From IMG/VR virus record IMGVR_UViG_3300021185_001015, positions 1-59,881 of that record: a stretch of 59,881 nt of DNA. The stretch is one strand, 5' to 3'. The notes below the pieces were generated by a model. It was not told where the DNA came from. It ran no database searches and saw only the letters and a list, made by a program, of their open reading frames with translations. Made by a program: the position numbers and the translations under genes. The DNA comes from a virus. Taxonomy: Duplodnaviria; Caudoviricetes. Shown here piece by piece: positions 8,920-17,530 of the stretch (position 1 is its first letter; every line of letters starts with the position of its first letter).

Positions 8920-10575
8920 TTAATATTTGAACTTAGACTCTTTGAGCCGTTTGTCGTACTCATCGTCTGTTAGCCAGTAATCTCCGCCTGCTACCCATGC
9001 TGCCGGCGCATCATCGCTCTTTCTCATTACAAATGGAGTGAGATTCTGTGTAATACTTTGCATTTCTTGCTTGTACAAACCTTCTCTAGTATTGACATCT
9101 ACTAACTCTTTGAAGAAAGGCATAGTAGATAGCCAGCCAAACAATACCATACACATAACACAGTCATCATTGTAGCCTTCGTCTGCTTGATAAGTATTGC
9201 CTTTCTCAACAAATGTAGATATCTCACTGATAATGTCTGCATCAAATACTAAAAGTTTGTGTTCTTCCATAAGAGACTTGAAGTTGAAACAACCTTGTCT
9301 CTTTACTTGTTTAGATGTATTCACGCCGAGTCTTGTAGACTTACCAAATCCAGGCGATACATACTGTCTTGCTTTTTCTGTCACCGTACTAAAGATATTG
9401 TCGTATTCTATTTCTTCGTGTAATATCTCTACTACTTGCCCGCCAATGTCGTTTGTTTCAACGAGTACAAAGGCTTTATTATAATCTTCACCTACTTTAG
9501 CTATAACATTAGGATATAGCATAGGTGCAATTTTATTGTTTCGATACTTTGCCACAACTCTGTACGGCATTTCTGTAATATCGAAAACAACAAATGCTGA
9601 ATAGTCACCGCCAATACCTCTAGCTGTGTCTACTGTAATACAATAATAATGTTCTTCTTGTGGATCTTCATATATATCAACAGCGTTGCCTTCAGGATTG
9701 TCATAAAGAACATCCTTAGAACTTAGTGTTGCAATAGTTCTAGCATTGATAAGTGTGTTTGATGATCCCAAGAAGTCACACAATACTTCCTGTGTAAACT
9801 TCAGTTCGCCGAGAAGTTTGAGTTGCTGCTCTGCCCATGCTTCATCTCTGCCTGGGATCTCAGTATAAGGAATAAAGTGACTGACGAATCCATTTGTACC
9901 TTTTTCTGCTTCATTCCAGAACTTCCAGAAATGATTGTATCCTAGAGGTGTAGATGTGAGTAGAATCTTTGTAGTTTCACCCGCAGAAATTGTAGGGTAT
10001 ACAGAAGCAAAGAATTCATCAGCAACATTATTTGGAATGATTGCCGCTTCGTCAATGTACAGCCAGTTTACAGACTTACCACGAATACCAGATGTTGTTG
10101 TTGCTGCTGTGAATACTCTACAGTTATTCTCTAACTCAACGTCACCTTTGTTCCAAGTCTTTACTCCTTGCTGCATCCATATAGGAAGATTCTCATACAT
10201 CGTTTGATAACGAGCAAGTACTTCTCTTGCAGATGCAGTTTTGTTCGCCATGATAGCAACTGTTTTGTCTGCGTTGAATATTGTGTAGTGAAGAATACAT
10301 GCTGCGGCAGTAACAGTCTTTCCTTGCTGTCTGCCTTCCATAAGAATAACTTTGCGTTCGTTCACAATGATGTCAACTTTTTTCTTTTGACATTCATATA
10401 ATTTGAATGGCTGAAGTCCTCTGTCTAGTGTAATAATCTTACAAAAGTTTTCGATGAAGTAAATTGGATCATCTTTACATTTAAGATAATCTCTGATTTG
10501 TTCTTCGGTGAAGTCATGTTTATACCCAATCGATTTTAGATTAGGATTCCCATGATAGGAAGTTTCTTCTGACAT
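8920..10575 (-). CDS. gp17: Terminase large subunit
   Basis: Walker A GRQQGKT, Walker B LYIDEAA, STPLG, nuclease VDTARG.GGDYS and NDDCVM. Confidence 0.98.
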   Translation of the reverse strand: MSEETSYHGNPNLKSIGYKHDFTEEQIRDYLKCKDDPIYFIENFCKIITLDRGLQPFKLYECQKKKVDIIVNERKVILMEGRQQGKTVTAAACILHYTIFNADKTVAIMANKTASAREVLARYQTMYENLPIWMQQGVKTWNKGDVELENNCRVFTAATTTSGIRGKSVNWLYIDEAAIIPNNVADEFFASVYPTISAGETTKILLTSTPLGYNHFWKFWNEAEKGTNGFVSHFIPYTEIPGRDEAWAEQQLKLLGELKFTQEVLCDFLGSSNTLINARTIATLSSKDVLYDNPEGNAVDIYEDPQEEHYYCITVDTARGIGGDYSAFVVFDITEMPYRVVAKYRNNKIAPMLYPNVIAKVGEDYNKAFVLVETNDIGGQVVEILHEEIEYDNIFSTVTEKARQYVSPGFGKSTRLGVNTSKQVKRQGCFNFKSLMEEHKLLVFDADIISEISTFVEKGNTYQADEGYNDDCVMCMVLFGWLSTMPFFKELVDVNTREGLYKQEMQSITQNLTPFVMRKSDDAPAAWVAGGDYWLTDDEYDKRLKESKFKY

Positions 10576-10578
10576 GGT

Positions 10579-11037
10579 TTAATCGTGCTCGATAACCTGT
10601 TCAGCATTCAGGGCTCTTAGTAAGTCCTTTGTGCTTCCCACAAACATATTATTGTTAGTAACATTTGCCTGTTTAGGTTTATCATCTTCCCCCTTCACTT
10701 TTTTTGCTTTCTCTTGTACATCAAGCATATCTTTCGCATTATCTTGTAGAGTTTTGATAAGTTGACCTGCAACTTCATATGCTCTAGGTTGGTCACTGTT
10801 TCTAGCTATATGAAGCATGCCTTTGATAGCTTCTTCGCTGTACTCAGCAGTGCGCTTCAAAATATCTCTCGCCTCTTGAAAGTCATCTTCTAAATCTTTT
10901 TCTGCATCGGCAAGTGGCACAGGAAGATTATTCTCTTCTCGTGTTTGTTTTAGATTACTTTCAAGTGCTTTTGTTTTATCTTTTGTGTTAAATGTATTAT
11001 CTAAACTATCAAAAGGATTATTCAATTGTATCACCAA
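10579..11037 (-). CDS. gp16: Terminase small subunit
   Basis: PRAYEVAGQLIK, NNMFVGSTKDL; exact start uncertain. Confidence 0.93.
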   Translation of the reverse strand: MVIQLNNPFDSLDNTFNTKDKTKALESNLKQTREENNLPVPLADAEKDLEDDFQEARDILKRTAEYSEEAIKGMLHIARNSDQPRAYEVAGQLIKTLQDNAKDMLDVQEKAKKVKGEDDKPKQANVTNNNMFVGSTKDLLRALNAEQVIEHD

Positions 11038-11815
11038 AACTTTCTAATATAGTAGTTATATATTCAAATTCATCCGCAGGCGTTAATGTGGTATCAATTA
11101 CCCCATCATTACCAACCGTCGATGTGCTTTTCACTCTTACGTTTAAAAAGTCATCTTTTTCGTAAAGTTTGGCAATAGATTCCTTAATAATTCCTACGTT
11201 ATTTATGTCCCCATAGAAATTTAAGCGCATAGTAAAATTAAGAGTCCATATAATACTTTGTCTCTCGGCAAACTCGCCTTCGTAATCATCATCATAATCT
11301 ATACTGTCAAGGGTAATTTTAATATCACGCTTGATACCCATTGCAGGAAGTTCATTGACTGTGATATTAAAATCTGGATTAAAGTAAGGCAAAATCTGCT
11401 CAACTATTTGTAGTCCGTCTTCTTGATTCTTGGCAAATATATAAAGCGAGAGCGTCATATTATAAGGAGTAGAAACAAATGTACTTCTTACTGTATTGGC
11501 GTCATCGCCTGCGCCAACAGCCTTATTTCTTTGTATTGGTGAAATTTTTCTAGTCGAGTCATATGTCAGTTGTTGTATCTCAAATCCCATACGAGGCAAA
11601 ACAATAGCAACTTCGCCACGAGACTCTGCATCAGGTATCAATGCAATACGAGACAAGAACTTTTGCTTAGTTGAATATGCAAGAGGTACACGCATTACCT
11701 GAGCTATTTCATTTGCAGAGGTTTTTCTTGATACTCGAAGATTGTTGAATATCATACCAAAAGCTACAATAGCTTTTTTGACATGTTCGTGATAAAATTG
11801 AGTATCTTTAAACAT
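11018..11815 (-). CDS. gp15: Tail sheath stabilizer/completion protein
   Basis: VPLAYSTKQKFL, LPRMGFE, QIVEQILPYFNP. Confidence 0.95.
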   Translation of the reverse strand: MFKDTQFYHEHVKKAIVAFGMIFNNLRVSRKTSANEIAQVMRVPLAYSTKQKFLSRIALIPDAESRGEVAIVLPRMGFEIQQLTYDSTRKISPIQRNKAVGAGDDANTVRSTFVSTPYNMTLSLYIFAKNQEDGLQIVEQILPYFNPDFNITVNELPAMGIKRDIKITLDSIDYDDDYEGEFAERQSIIWTLNFTMRLNFYGDINNVGIIKESIAKLYEKDDFLNVRVKSTSTVGNDGVIDTTLTPADEFEYITTILESFGDTIE

Positions 11816-12558
11816 TACAATTCACCAAAAGGATTGACTTCAGAAAAATCTAAAATATCAGACGCTTCATTTTCAAGTATAAAATTTGTATTGTCTGTGG
11901 TTGCTGTTGATTTAGTTAATGCATAGTCTTCAAGAATTACTGAAGACCCATCTTCCTGTAAGAATAAAGTGTTATCTTCCAGTAAGAACTGATATAAAAA
12001 CATATCAATACTTTGTTCGGCGTATATGTTGTCAATTTCTTCAATTCCAGTAATAAATGTTTCCGATGAATATTCGAAAAGTTCACACTGCATTTTAAAT
12101 ACGTTAATCTTACTTAACTGATAAAAAGGATTCTGAAATTCTACTATTTTTATTTCAAACAATGATCCAGTTAAAGGAAAAAATAGTAAATCTCCTTCTG
12201 CAGGCCTTGCATTCAATTGAAAGACTCCGCCGGTGGTAGCTGTCATTTGTTCCCATCTTCTTTTAGACAATACAAATGTTGCTTGGTCTCGAATCTCTAT
12301 GCCAAACTTGGTGAATAACTCTCCTTGTCCTTCAAACCCATCAATATTATCAAAGTACATTTCTAGAGGATATGCTTGAGTAAATTGAGAAAGCGAAGAC
12401 TCGTCAAAGATATCATCTGTATTGACAAGAGTCCTGGGAAGATAATAGATATCGTGGCCGTATATCTTTAAACTTTCAATGACAAGGTCTTCTATGAGAC
12501 GTTGTTCACTGGTTGTTCCCGCTGTCAATCCACTTTGAAAATAAAAGTTTGTAGACAT
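11815..12558 (-). CDS. gp14: Neck protein
   Basis: ESLKIYGHDIYYLPR, RPAEGDLLFFP, PFYQL, DFSEVNPFGE. Confidence 0.95.
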   Translation of the reverse strand: MSTNFYFQSGLTAGTTSEQRLIEDLVIESLKIYGHDIYYLPRTLVNTDDIFDESSLSQFTQAYPLEMYFDNIDGFEGQGELFTKFGIEIRDQATFVLSKRRWEQMTATTGGVFQLNARPAEGDLLFFPLTGSLFEIKIVEFQNPFYQLSKINVFKMQCELFEYSSETFITGIEEIDNIYAEQSIDMFLYQFLLEDNTLFLQEDGSSVILEDYALTKSTATTDNTNFILENEASDILDFSEVNPFGEL

Positions 12559-12562
12559 GAGT

Positions 12563-13528
12563 CTATCCTACATAGAACGAAGGAGGAAGTTCGTAGCGAG
12601 ATTGCATCTCATCTTCTATAGCATTAATCTCAGTGATGGCTTCTTCAAATATCTTATCACCGTTAAGAGTGACGCCACCTGGCATTTGAATTCCACCAAA
12701 CTTCTTCATGTTCTCACCCCATTGCCTTTTGATAAGTGCAGTAGCGTATTTCTTCAACCACATATCGTCATACACTTCTGTGTATTGTTCTGGGTCAAGA
12801 ATTGCGTATGCTTCAGCTATCACATAGTCACCTGGATTGAATGTTTTATCCCAGTCTGTGTCAATGTATAGTCTGTCAGTTTTTCTGTTCCAACGAATTT
12901 GTCTATCGCTGATTAGAAGCTCTTCGAGTGTTTGTAGATGAGACTGCACCATGCTGTAATAAATCATGTCAGCGCCCATCAGATTGTACAGATCGTTTTG
13001 TCTAAACTGATACTGTAAATCGAATAGATTGCCGTCTCTGGTGTTTGAAGTAGCAGCTCCACCAAAGTTAAACAGTCTAACAATACCTGTAATGCCGTTG
13101 CTGATAGGAATATACTTGTTATCCATATCACCTGCAACATAAGGAATTGCATCTAGTATTGCTGTAGTGCCTGATATAGAACCAGTAATGGTTTCTCCTG
13201 CGACAAATACTCCAGCAGTATCTTCAGTGGTTAGAGTTGTACCTGTTCCATACTTTACTACCGAACTGGCACCAGAAGTGGATCCAACAACTCTGTCGTT
13301 ATTTAAAAAGTTGCCGCCAACAGAAGTAGTCAGATTGATAGTAGAACCTGTGATCTTATGTTGAACATAAGTGCGTTCGGTACCATCAAAGTGATACTCT
13401 TGCCAAAGCTGAATAGCATCATCGATACGGTCGTTGACCTGATCTTCATCAACATTTATTTCGATGACAGGAAAGCCAAGCCTACGCAAACAGTAGTCTA
13501 TTAACTCTTGTCTAGTTGATAATGCCAT
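12563..13528 (-). CDS. gp13: Neck protein
   Basis: LRRLGFPVIEINV, WLKKYATALIKRQWGENM, PGGVTLNG. Confidence 0.96.
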   Translation of the reverse strand: MALSTRQELIDYCLRRLGFPVIEINVDEDQVNDRIDDAIQLWQEYHFDGTERTYVQHKITGSTINLTTSVGGNFLNNDRVVGSTSGASSVVKYGTGTTLTTEDTAGVFVAGETITGSISGTTAILDAIPYVAGDMDNKYIPISNGITGIVRLFNFGGAATSNTRDGNLFDLQYQFRQNDLYNLMGADMIYYSMVQSHLQTLEELLISDRQIRWNRKTDRLYIDTDWDKTFNPGDYVIAEAYAILDPEQYTEVYDDMWLKKYATALIKRQWGENMKKFGGIQMPGGVTLNGDKIFEEAITEINAIEDEMQSRYELPPSFYVG

Positions 13529-13553
13529 CGTTGTTATTCCTTCGTGTTTATTT

Positions 13554-13561
13554 TATTTATA
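13554..13561 (-). promoter_or_regulatory. Late promoter for gp13 operon
   Basis: GTTATAAATA intergenic. Confidence 0.8.
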
Positions 13562-13582
13562 ACAAAAAAATACTGTGACTGA

Positions 13583-14911
13583 TTAACCTATCACCACAAC
13601 AGTGGTAATTTTAGCAGTCCACTTAAAAGATTTGCCGGATGAACCGGTGACATAAAATCTTAAAGTGTCACTTATATCATGGATTCTTGCATCTACGGTA
13701 GTATTAGCATCGTCGGCACTCACTAATATTTCATATAAATTGCCGATGTCACTAGTAATGCCACTATAATTGTCTGCTGATCCTTTAAGGTGCCATCCTC
13801 CGCCCTCGCTACCGCCGCCGTCTGTTCTTCTGGCCACAACATCTATGTTATAAAACATCGTAGAGTTTTCTGCTACGGGTATTCTGGAACTGCCTTCTAC
13901 TAGTATTTCTGTTTCAATACCATTCGTTGTCGAACCATATAATATATACTCATTTGAATAATTAGTTGCTCTTCCACTAGTAGGTAAATCTGTTAAATCA
14001 TTATACGAACCGGACAATGCTACAGCAGAAAGACCACCCAAATTATCTGCATCATTTTCAGGTAACCCATTTGCATCGCCACCATCAAGCGTGCCACCAG
14101 TAACTACTACATTTAATCCACTACCTGAACCCAGAAGACTATTCGAATCACTCAACTCGCTCACATCAGATGGAATAGTGGGGGTAGCTACCAAATCTGT
14201 GTATGCGCCTGATAGTGCTACCGGAGACAGTCCACCTAGATTCGCCACTTCATTTTCAGGTAAACCATTTGCATCGCCACCATCAAGCGTGCCACCAGTA
14301 ACTGCATATTTTACGCCAAGAGATCCATTAGCATCAGTCAAATCACTGACATCAGATGGAATAGTAGGGGTAGCTACCAAATCTGTGTATGCACCAGTAA
14401 CTGCGACAGGAGACAATGAAGGAACATCTGTTAAATCCGTATAACTAAGACCAACTCCTCCACCACTTGATGTAAATGTAAACCCGCCTGCTCCATCTGT
14501 AGTTAATACTTGACCATTAGAACCATCTGAAATGCCAAGTTCGGTAATAGTAGACGGTATAGTAGGAGTACCAGTGATATCGGAGTATGCACCAGTAGTT
14601 GCGACTGTAGAGAGAGATGCGCTAGTTTGTTTAGAATTTAACTGCGCTTGGATGTTAGATGTTACGTCTGAAAGATAATTCAACTGTGTAGTTGAAATAA
14701 CTGCTCCATCCATAATGTTGAGTTCAGATGGAGTAGCTTGAATACCAGTATTTGCAAGGTTAGCTAAGGCTAATTCGTGGCCACCAACAGTTACTCCATC
14801 ATGAATTCTTAGAGTATCTTTGGTAATATCTACACTGATTTCACCCAATGCGCCAGTGAACACGCTATGCTGTGACGAGGTGCCCCGGCGAAGTTTGACC
14901 ACTGCCGCCAT
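13583..14911 (-). CDS. Fibre/structural protein with Mtd-like N-terminal domain and internal duplication
   Basis: N-terminus KLRRGT...GEISVD...IHDG; VATTGAYSDL-type fibre repeats; two GGTLDGGDANGLPEN copies. Confidence 0.7.
   Translation of the reverse strand: MAAVVKLRRGTSSQHSVFTGALGEISVDITKDTLRIHDGVTVGGHELALANLANTGIQATPSELNIMDGAVISTTQLNYLSDVTSNIQAQLNSKQTSASLSTVATTGAYSDITGTPTIPSTITELGISDGSNGQVLTTDGAGGFTFTSSGGGVGLSYTDLTDVPSLSPVAVTGAYTDLVATPTIPSDVSDLTDANGSLGVKYAVTGGTLDGGDANGLPENEVANLGGLSPVALSGAYTDLVATPTIPSDVSELSDSNSLLGSGSGLNVVVTGGTLDGGDANGLPENDADNLGGLSAVALSGSYNDLTDLPTSGRATNYSNEYILYGSTTNGIETEILVEGSSRIPVAENSTMFYNIDVVARRTDGGGSEGGGWHLKGSADNYSGITSDIGNLYEILVSADDANTTVDARIHDISDTLRFYVTGSSGKSFKWTAKITTVVVIG
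14050..14400. repeat. Intragenic direct duplication (about 65-aa unit)
   Basis: ccatttgcatcgccaccatcaagcgtgccaccagtaact and acatcagatggaatagt.ggggtagctaccaaatctgtgtatgc each occur twice. Confidence 0.8.
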
Positions 14912-14946
14912 TTCTTTTTCCTTTAGCTAACTTTAATAATATATAT

Positions 14947-14954
14947 TATATATA
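14947..14954 (-). promoter_or_regulatory. Variant late promoter (TATATATA)
   Basis: GTTATATATA has the same GT-T context as other late promoters, with one mismatch; about 36 nt before ATG 14911. Confidence 0.45.
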
Positions 14955-14981
14955 ACAAAATAAACTATGTACACGGACTAA

Positions 14982-15010
14982 GGTACCACCAGCTGTTAGC
15001 TGATGATACC
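14982..15010 (-). other. Intergenic RNA hairpin (13-bp stem)
   Basis: GGUAUCAUCAGCU-AAC-AGCUGGUGGUACC pairs fully only on the minus strand (two G-U pairs); no U-tract. Confidence 0.55.
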
Positions 15011-15033
15011 AGTTATGTCTCGTGTCTTATTCA

Positions 15034-15531
15034 TTATACTGCCGCAGGCCAATCAGAGTCTTGTAAGTAGGGAAAGTTTGCGTGAGTAGTTATGTCACGC
15101 AACGCCTGTCTGTAAGTAGCCATCTCCATAGTCATAGTAACGTCATACATTCCTGTCCAATCAGTTACAGCAAGTTTAGCATCTCTATCAGCTCTGACAG
15201 ACTCCGCAGCCTTAGCATCCATATCAGCCTGATAAGCCGCCTCATGCTCAGCCTTGGTTGTGGTTACGCCGTCATCGTCTGTAGTATCTTGAAACATATC
15301 CACTACTGACCACGCAGTGACCCAGTTGCCGTTAGCGTCCTGTGTAGCACCGTTACGGATGGCCTGTGTGTAGCCTGTCACTTCTGGCTTAGGAGCTTCC
15401 AGTACAGGGTCTATGCCAAGAGCGGAACAGACGTTAGCGTCCCACACTCGTGGCAGTGATGTGTTGCTGTGCATTTTTCTGACTTCGCCTTGATTTTTGA
15501 CTTCGCCAGTTGATTTAATACGATATTCCAT
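15034..15531 (-). CDS. Tail fibre assembly chaperone-like protein
   Basis: C-terminal VRADRDAKLAVTDW...ATYRQALRDIT...FP...WP signature. Confidence 0.8.
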   Translation of the reverse strand: MEYRIKSTGEVKNQGEVRKMHSNTSLPRVWDANVCSALGIDPVLEAPKPEVTGYTQAIRNGATQDANGNWVTAWSVVDMFQDTTDDDGVTTTKAEHEAAYQADMDAKAAESVRADRDAKLAVTDWTGMYDVTMTMEMATYRQALRDITTHANFPYLQDSDWPAAV

Positions 15532-15541
15532 TGTCTTGTCC

Positions 15542-17530
15542 TTATGCTATTGCTAAAAATATGTAAGTGCCGCCACTGGCGTTAAGCGCAGCAGGAGCAG
15601 ATGATGTTACTGTAAAGCCACTTGATAAAGGGTCTATATAGTCTGTATTAGTTACCGAGCCGCCTTCAAATATAACGTATGGATCATTACCTGCTACAAT
15701 CCCTCTTGCGCTATCCCAGACGTACCAATCGCCATCGCCGTCAGACCTTTTTATAAGCACAAATCTGGCTCCTGCACTAAAACCACAGTCTACATCTACA
15801 TTAGACCCTGTGCCGCTATAGGAGCCTACTTTTGTAACACCATCTAGTGTTGCCCATAACCATGCGACATACTTATATGAGGATGAATTAACGGCTGCAG
15901 AGGAACTCAAAGTAAATGTTGTGTCGTTTGGGGTGGTGTTATTCCATAAACCGCCGTAGCCGCTACCATCCCCGCTAACTAAAAGACTTGCAGCGTTGCC
16001 AGTAGTTTTATGATAAACCCAGTGAGCCTCATTAGATGTGTTGTAAGCTTTTACAAACATCATTTCTGGTATAGCTTGGAGATTGTGAGTAACTGCGTGT
16101 CCCGCAGTCGCATTACCTGTATAAGTTACTATATCAAATACTTTAGACGCTCTTTTAAAAGCATAGCTGATGTGGCTTCTATTTCCTGCATTTGAGTTAT
16201 AGTAATACATCGCTCCGTTGTACTCAACATCCACGCCCTCTTGAAAATCAAATCCACCGTTGGAAGCGCTGTCTCCGGCGGGAGACGCAGAATAACTCGG
16301 GGTAATTAAAGCCTGCCCTTTCCCTCTTATTCTATCAAATATATGAAATCCATAAGAGCTATTAGAAGATGTTTTTTGATGCCAGAACTGGTCTACTGGA
16401 AACCCAGAACCACCATTAGACCCTCCATTAATAATAGTCCTGTTTGAAGCCGTACCTGAACCACTTGTTAAGGTTGCATCCTGATAAGCATACGGACTAA
16501 AAACCTCAGTCCCAGACTCAGGAGTCTTCATGGGTCTGCGGATGGCTACGTAGATGTATTTTGAACCGCTCTCATTCACAATGCCATATCCAGTCTTCAC
16601 CGTGAAACCATTTGCGTTAAAATCTATGTAGTCAGCACCTGAATCTTCACTTTCATTTTTGTTAGGCTTTATAAACGCATCATTTCCACCAGTAACGACG
16701 CCACGCATATTGTCAGCTATCCACCAATCGTCTGTATTATCAGCATTCTTTACCAACACCCACTGTGGTTCAAAACCAAGACTAACAGACCTCTCTGAGG
16801 CGTTACCTGTATAACTCCCACACTTAATAATATTCTCGCTGCCATCGTCTCCAAAGCCTCCTGCGTTGTGAGCGAATAGGTAGGCGACGTATGACCGAGC
16901 GGAGCTGTTTGTCAAACTACTACTACTAACAGTAAATGTGTTGTCGGTTGCTGCTTGTATTCTGCTTCCGTTGTCTTGTGCGCTATTACTGTTTAGATAT
17001 AATACTTTACTAAATCCCAAAGAAGTATGATGACAAGTCCAATTCGAAGAACCGTCGGTGGCTTTAATAATAATAAACTTTGGAGTAGAATTAAGAGAGT
17101 GGTTTAAGACCCTACCCTCTACACTATTCCCATCATAAGCCACAACATCAAAGAACTTCTCAGCCTTGCGGAATGTCCATGAGGCCCAAGAAGTTCCTGT
17201 GCCGTTTAAGATTGCCCCTGCGAGATTCCAACCTGTAGTGCCTGCTGACGGAAAAGAAAGATACGAAGAATAATCTGCACCTGCGGCAGTATCGTTACTA
17301 GTTAGTGATTTTTGTGGCCCATTTACAGTATCAAAAAGAACATGAGAATCTGTTGCTCCTCGTTGTTTCAGCCAAACTAAACCATCCTCATCCGAGAGTG
17401 CAATGCCGTTAGCTATTGTTCTAGCCGCATTGTTGCCTTCATACACATAAGTCGAGAAGACATCCTCAACGTACAGAGACTCACCACCTGCATTGCCTGC
17501 CGCTGCTGTTAGAGCTTTAGACAAACTCAT
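15542..17530 (-). CDS. Putative receptor-binding/distal fibre protein with repeated beta-rich domains
   Basis: Repeats of WLKQR..HVLFD, FFDVVAYDGN, CGSYTGN, FVLIKRSD.GDWYVWDSARG typical of marine phage fibre proteins; lies between fibre and chaperone genes. Confidence 0.7.
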   Translation of the reverse strand: MSLSKALTAAAGNAGGESLYVEDVFSTYVYEGNNAARTIANGIALSDEDGLVWLKQRGATDSHVLFDTVNGPQKSLTSNDTAAGADYSSYLSFPSAGTTGWNLAGAILNGTGTSWASWTFRKAEKFFDVVAYDGNSVEGRVLNHSLNSTPKFIIIKATDGSSNWTCHHTSLGFSKVLYLNSNSAQDNGSRIQAATDNTFTVSSSSLTNSSARSYVAYLFAHNAGGFGDDGSENIIKCGSYTGNASERSVSLGFEPQWVLVKNADNTDDWWIADNMRGVVTGGNDAFIKPNKNESEDSGADYIDFNANGFTVKTGYGIVNESGSKYIYVAIRRPMKTPESGTEVFSPYAYQDATLTSGSGTASNRTIINGGSNGGSGFPVDQFWHQKTSSNSSYGFHIFDRIRGKGQALITPSYSASPAGDSASNGGFDFQEGVDVEYNGAMYYYNSNAGNRSHISYAFKRASKVFDIVTYTGNATAGHAVTHNLQAIPEMMFVKAYNTSNEAHWVYHKTTGNAASLLVSGDGSGYGGLWNNTTPNDTTFTLSSSAAVNSSSYKYVAWLWATLDGVTKVGSYSGTGSNVDVDCGFSAGARFVLIKRSDGDGDWYVWDSARGIVAGNDPYVIFEGGSVTNTDYIDPLSSGFTVTSSAPAALNASGGTYIFLAIA

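Noticed and set aside
8920-10575. Intein or group I intron in terminase, portal or capsid genes
   Set aside because: The genes are uninterrupted and of normal length, with no homing endonuclease or splicing motifs seen.
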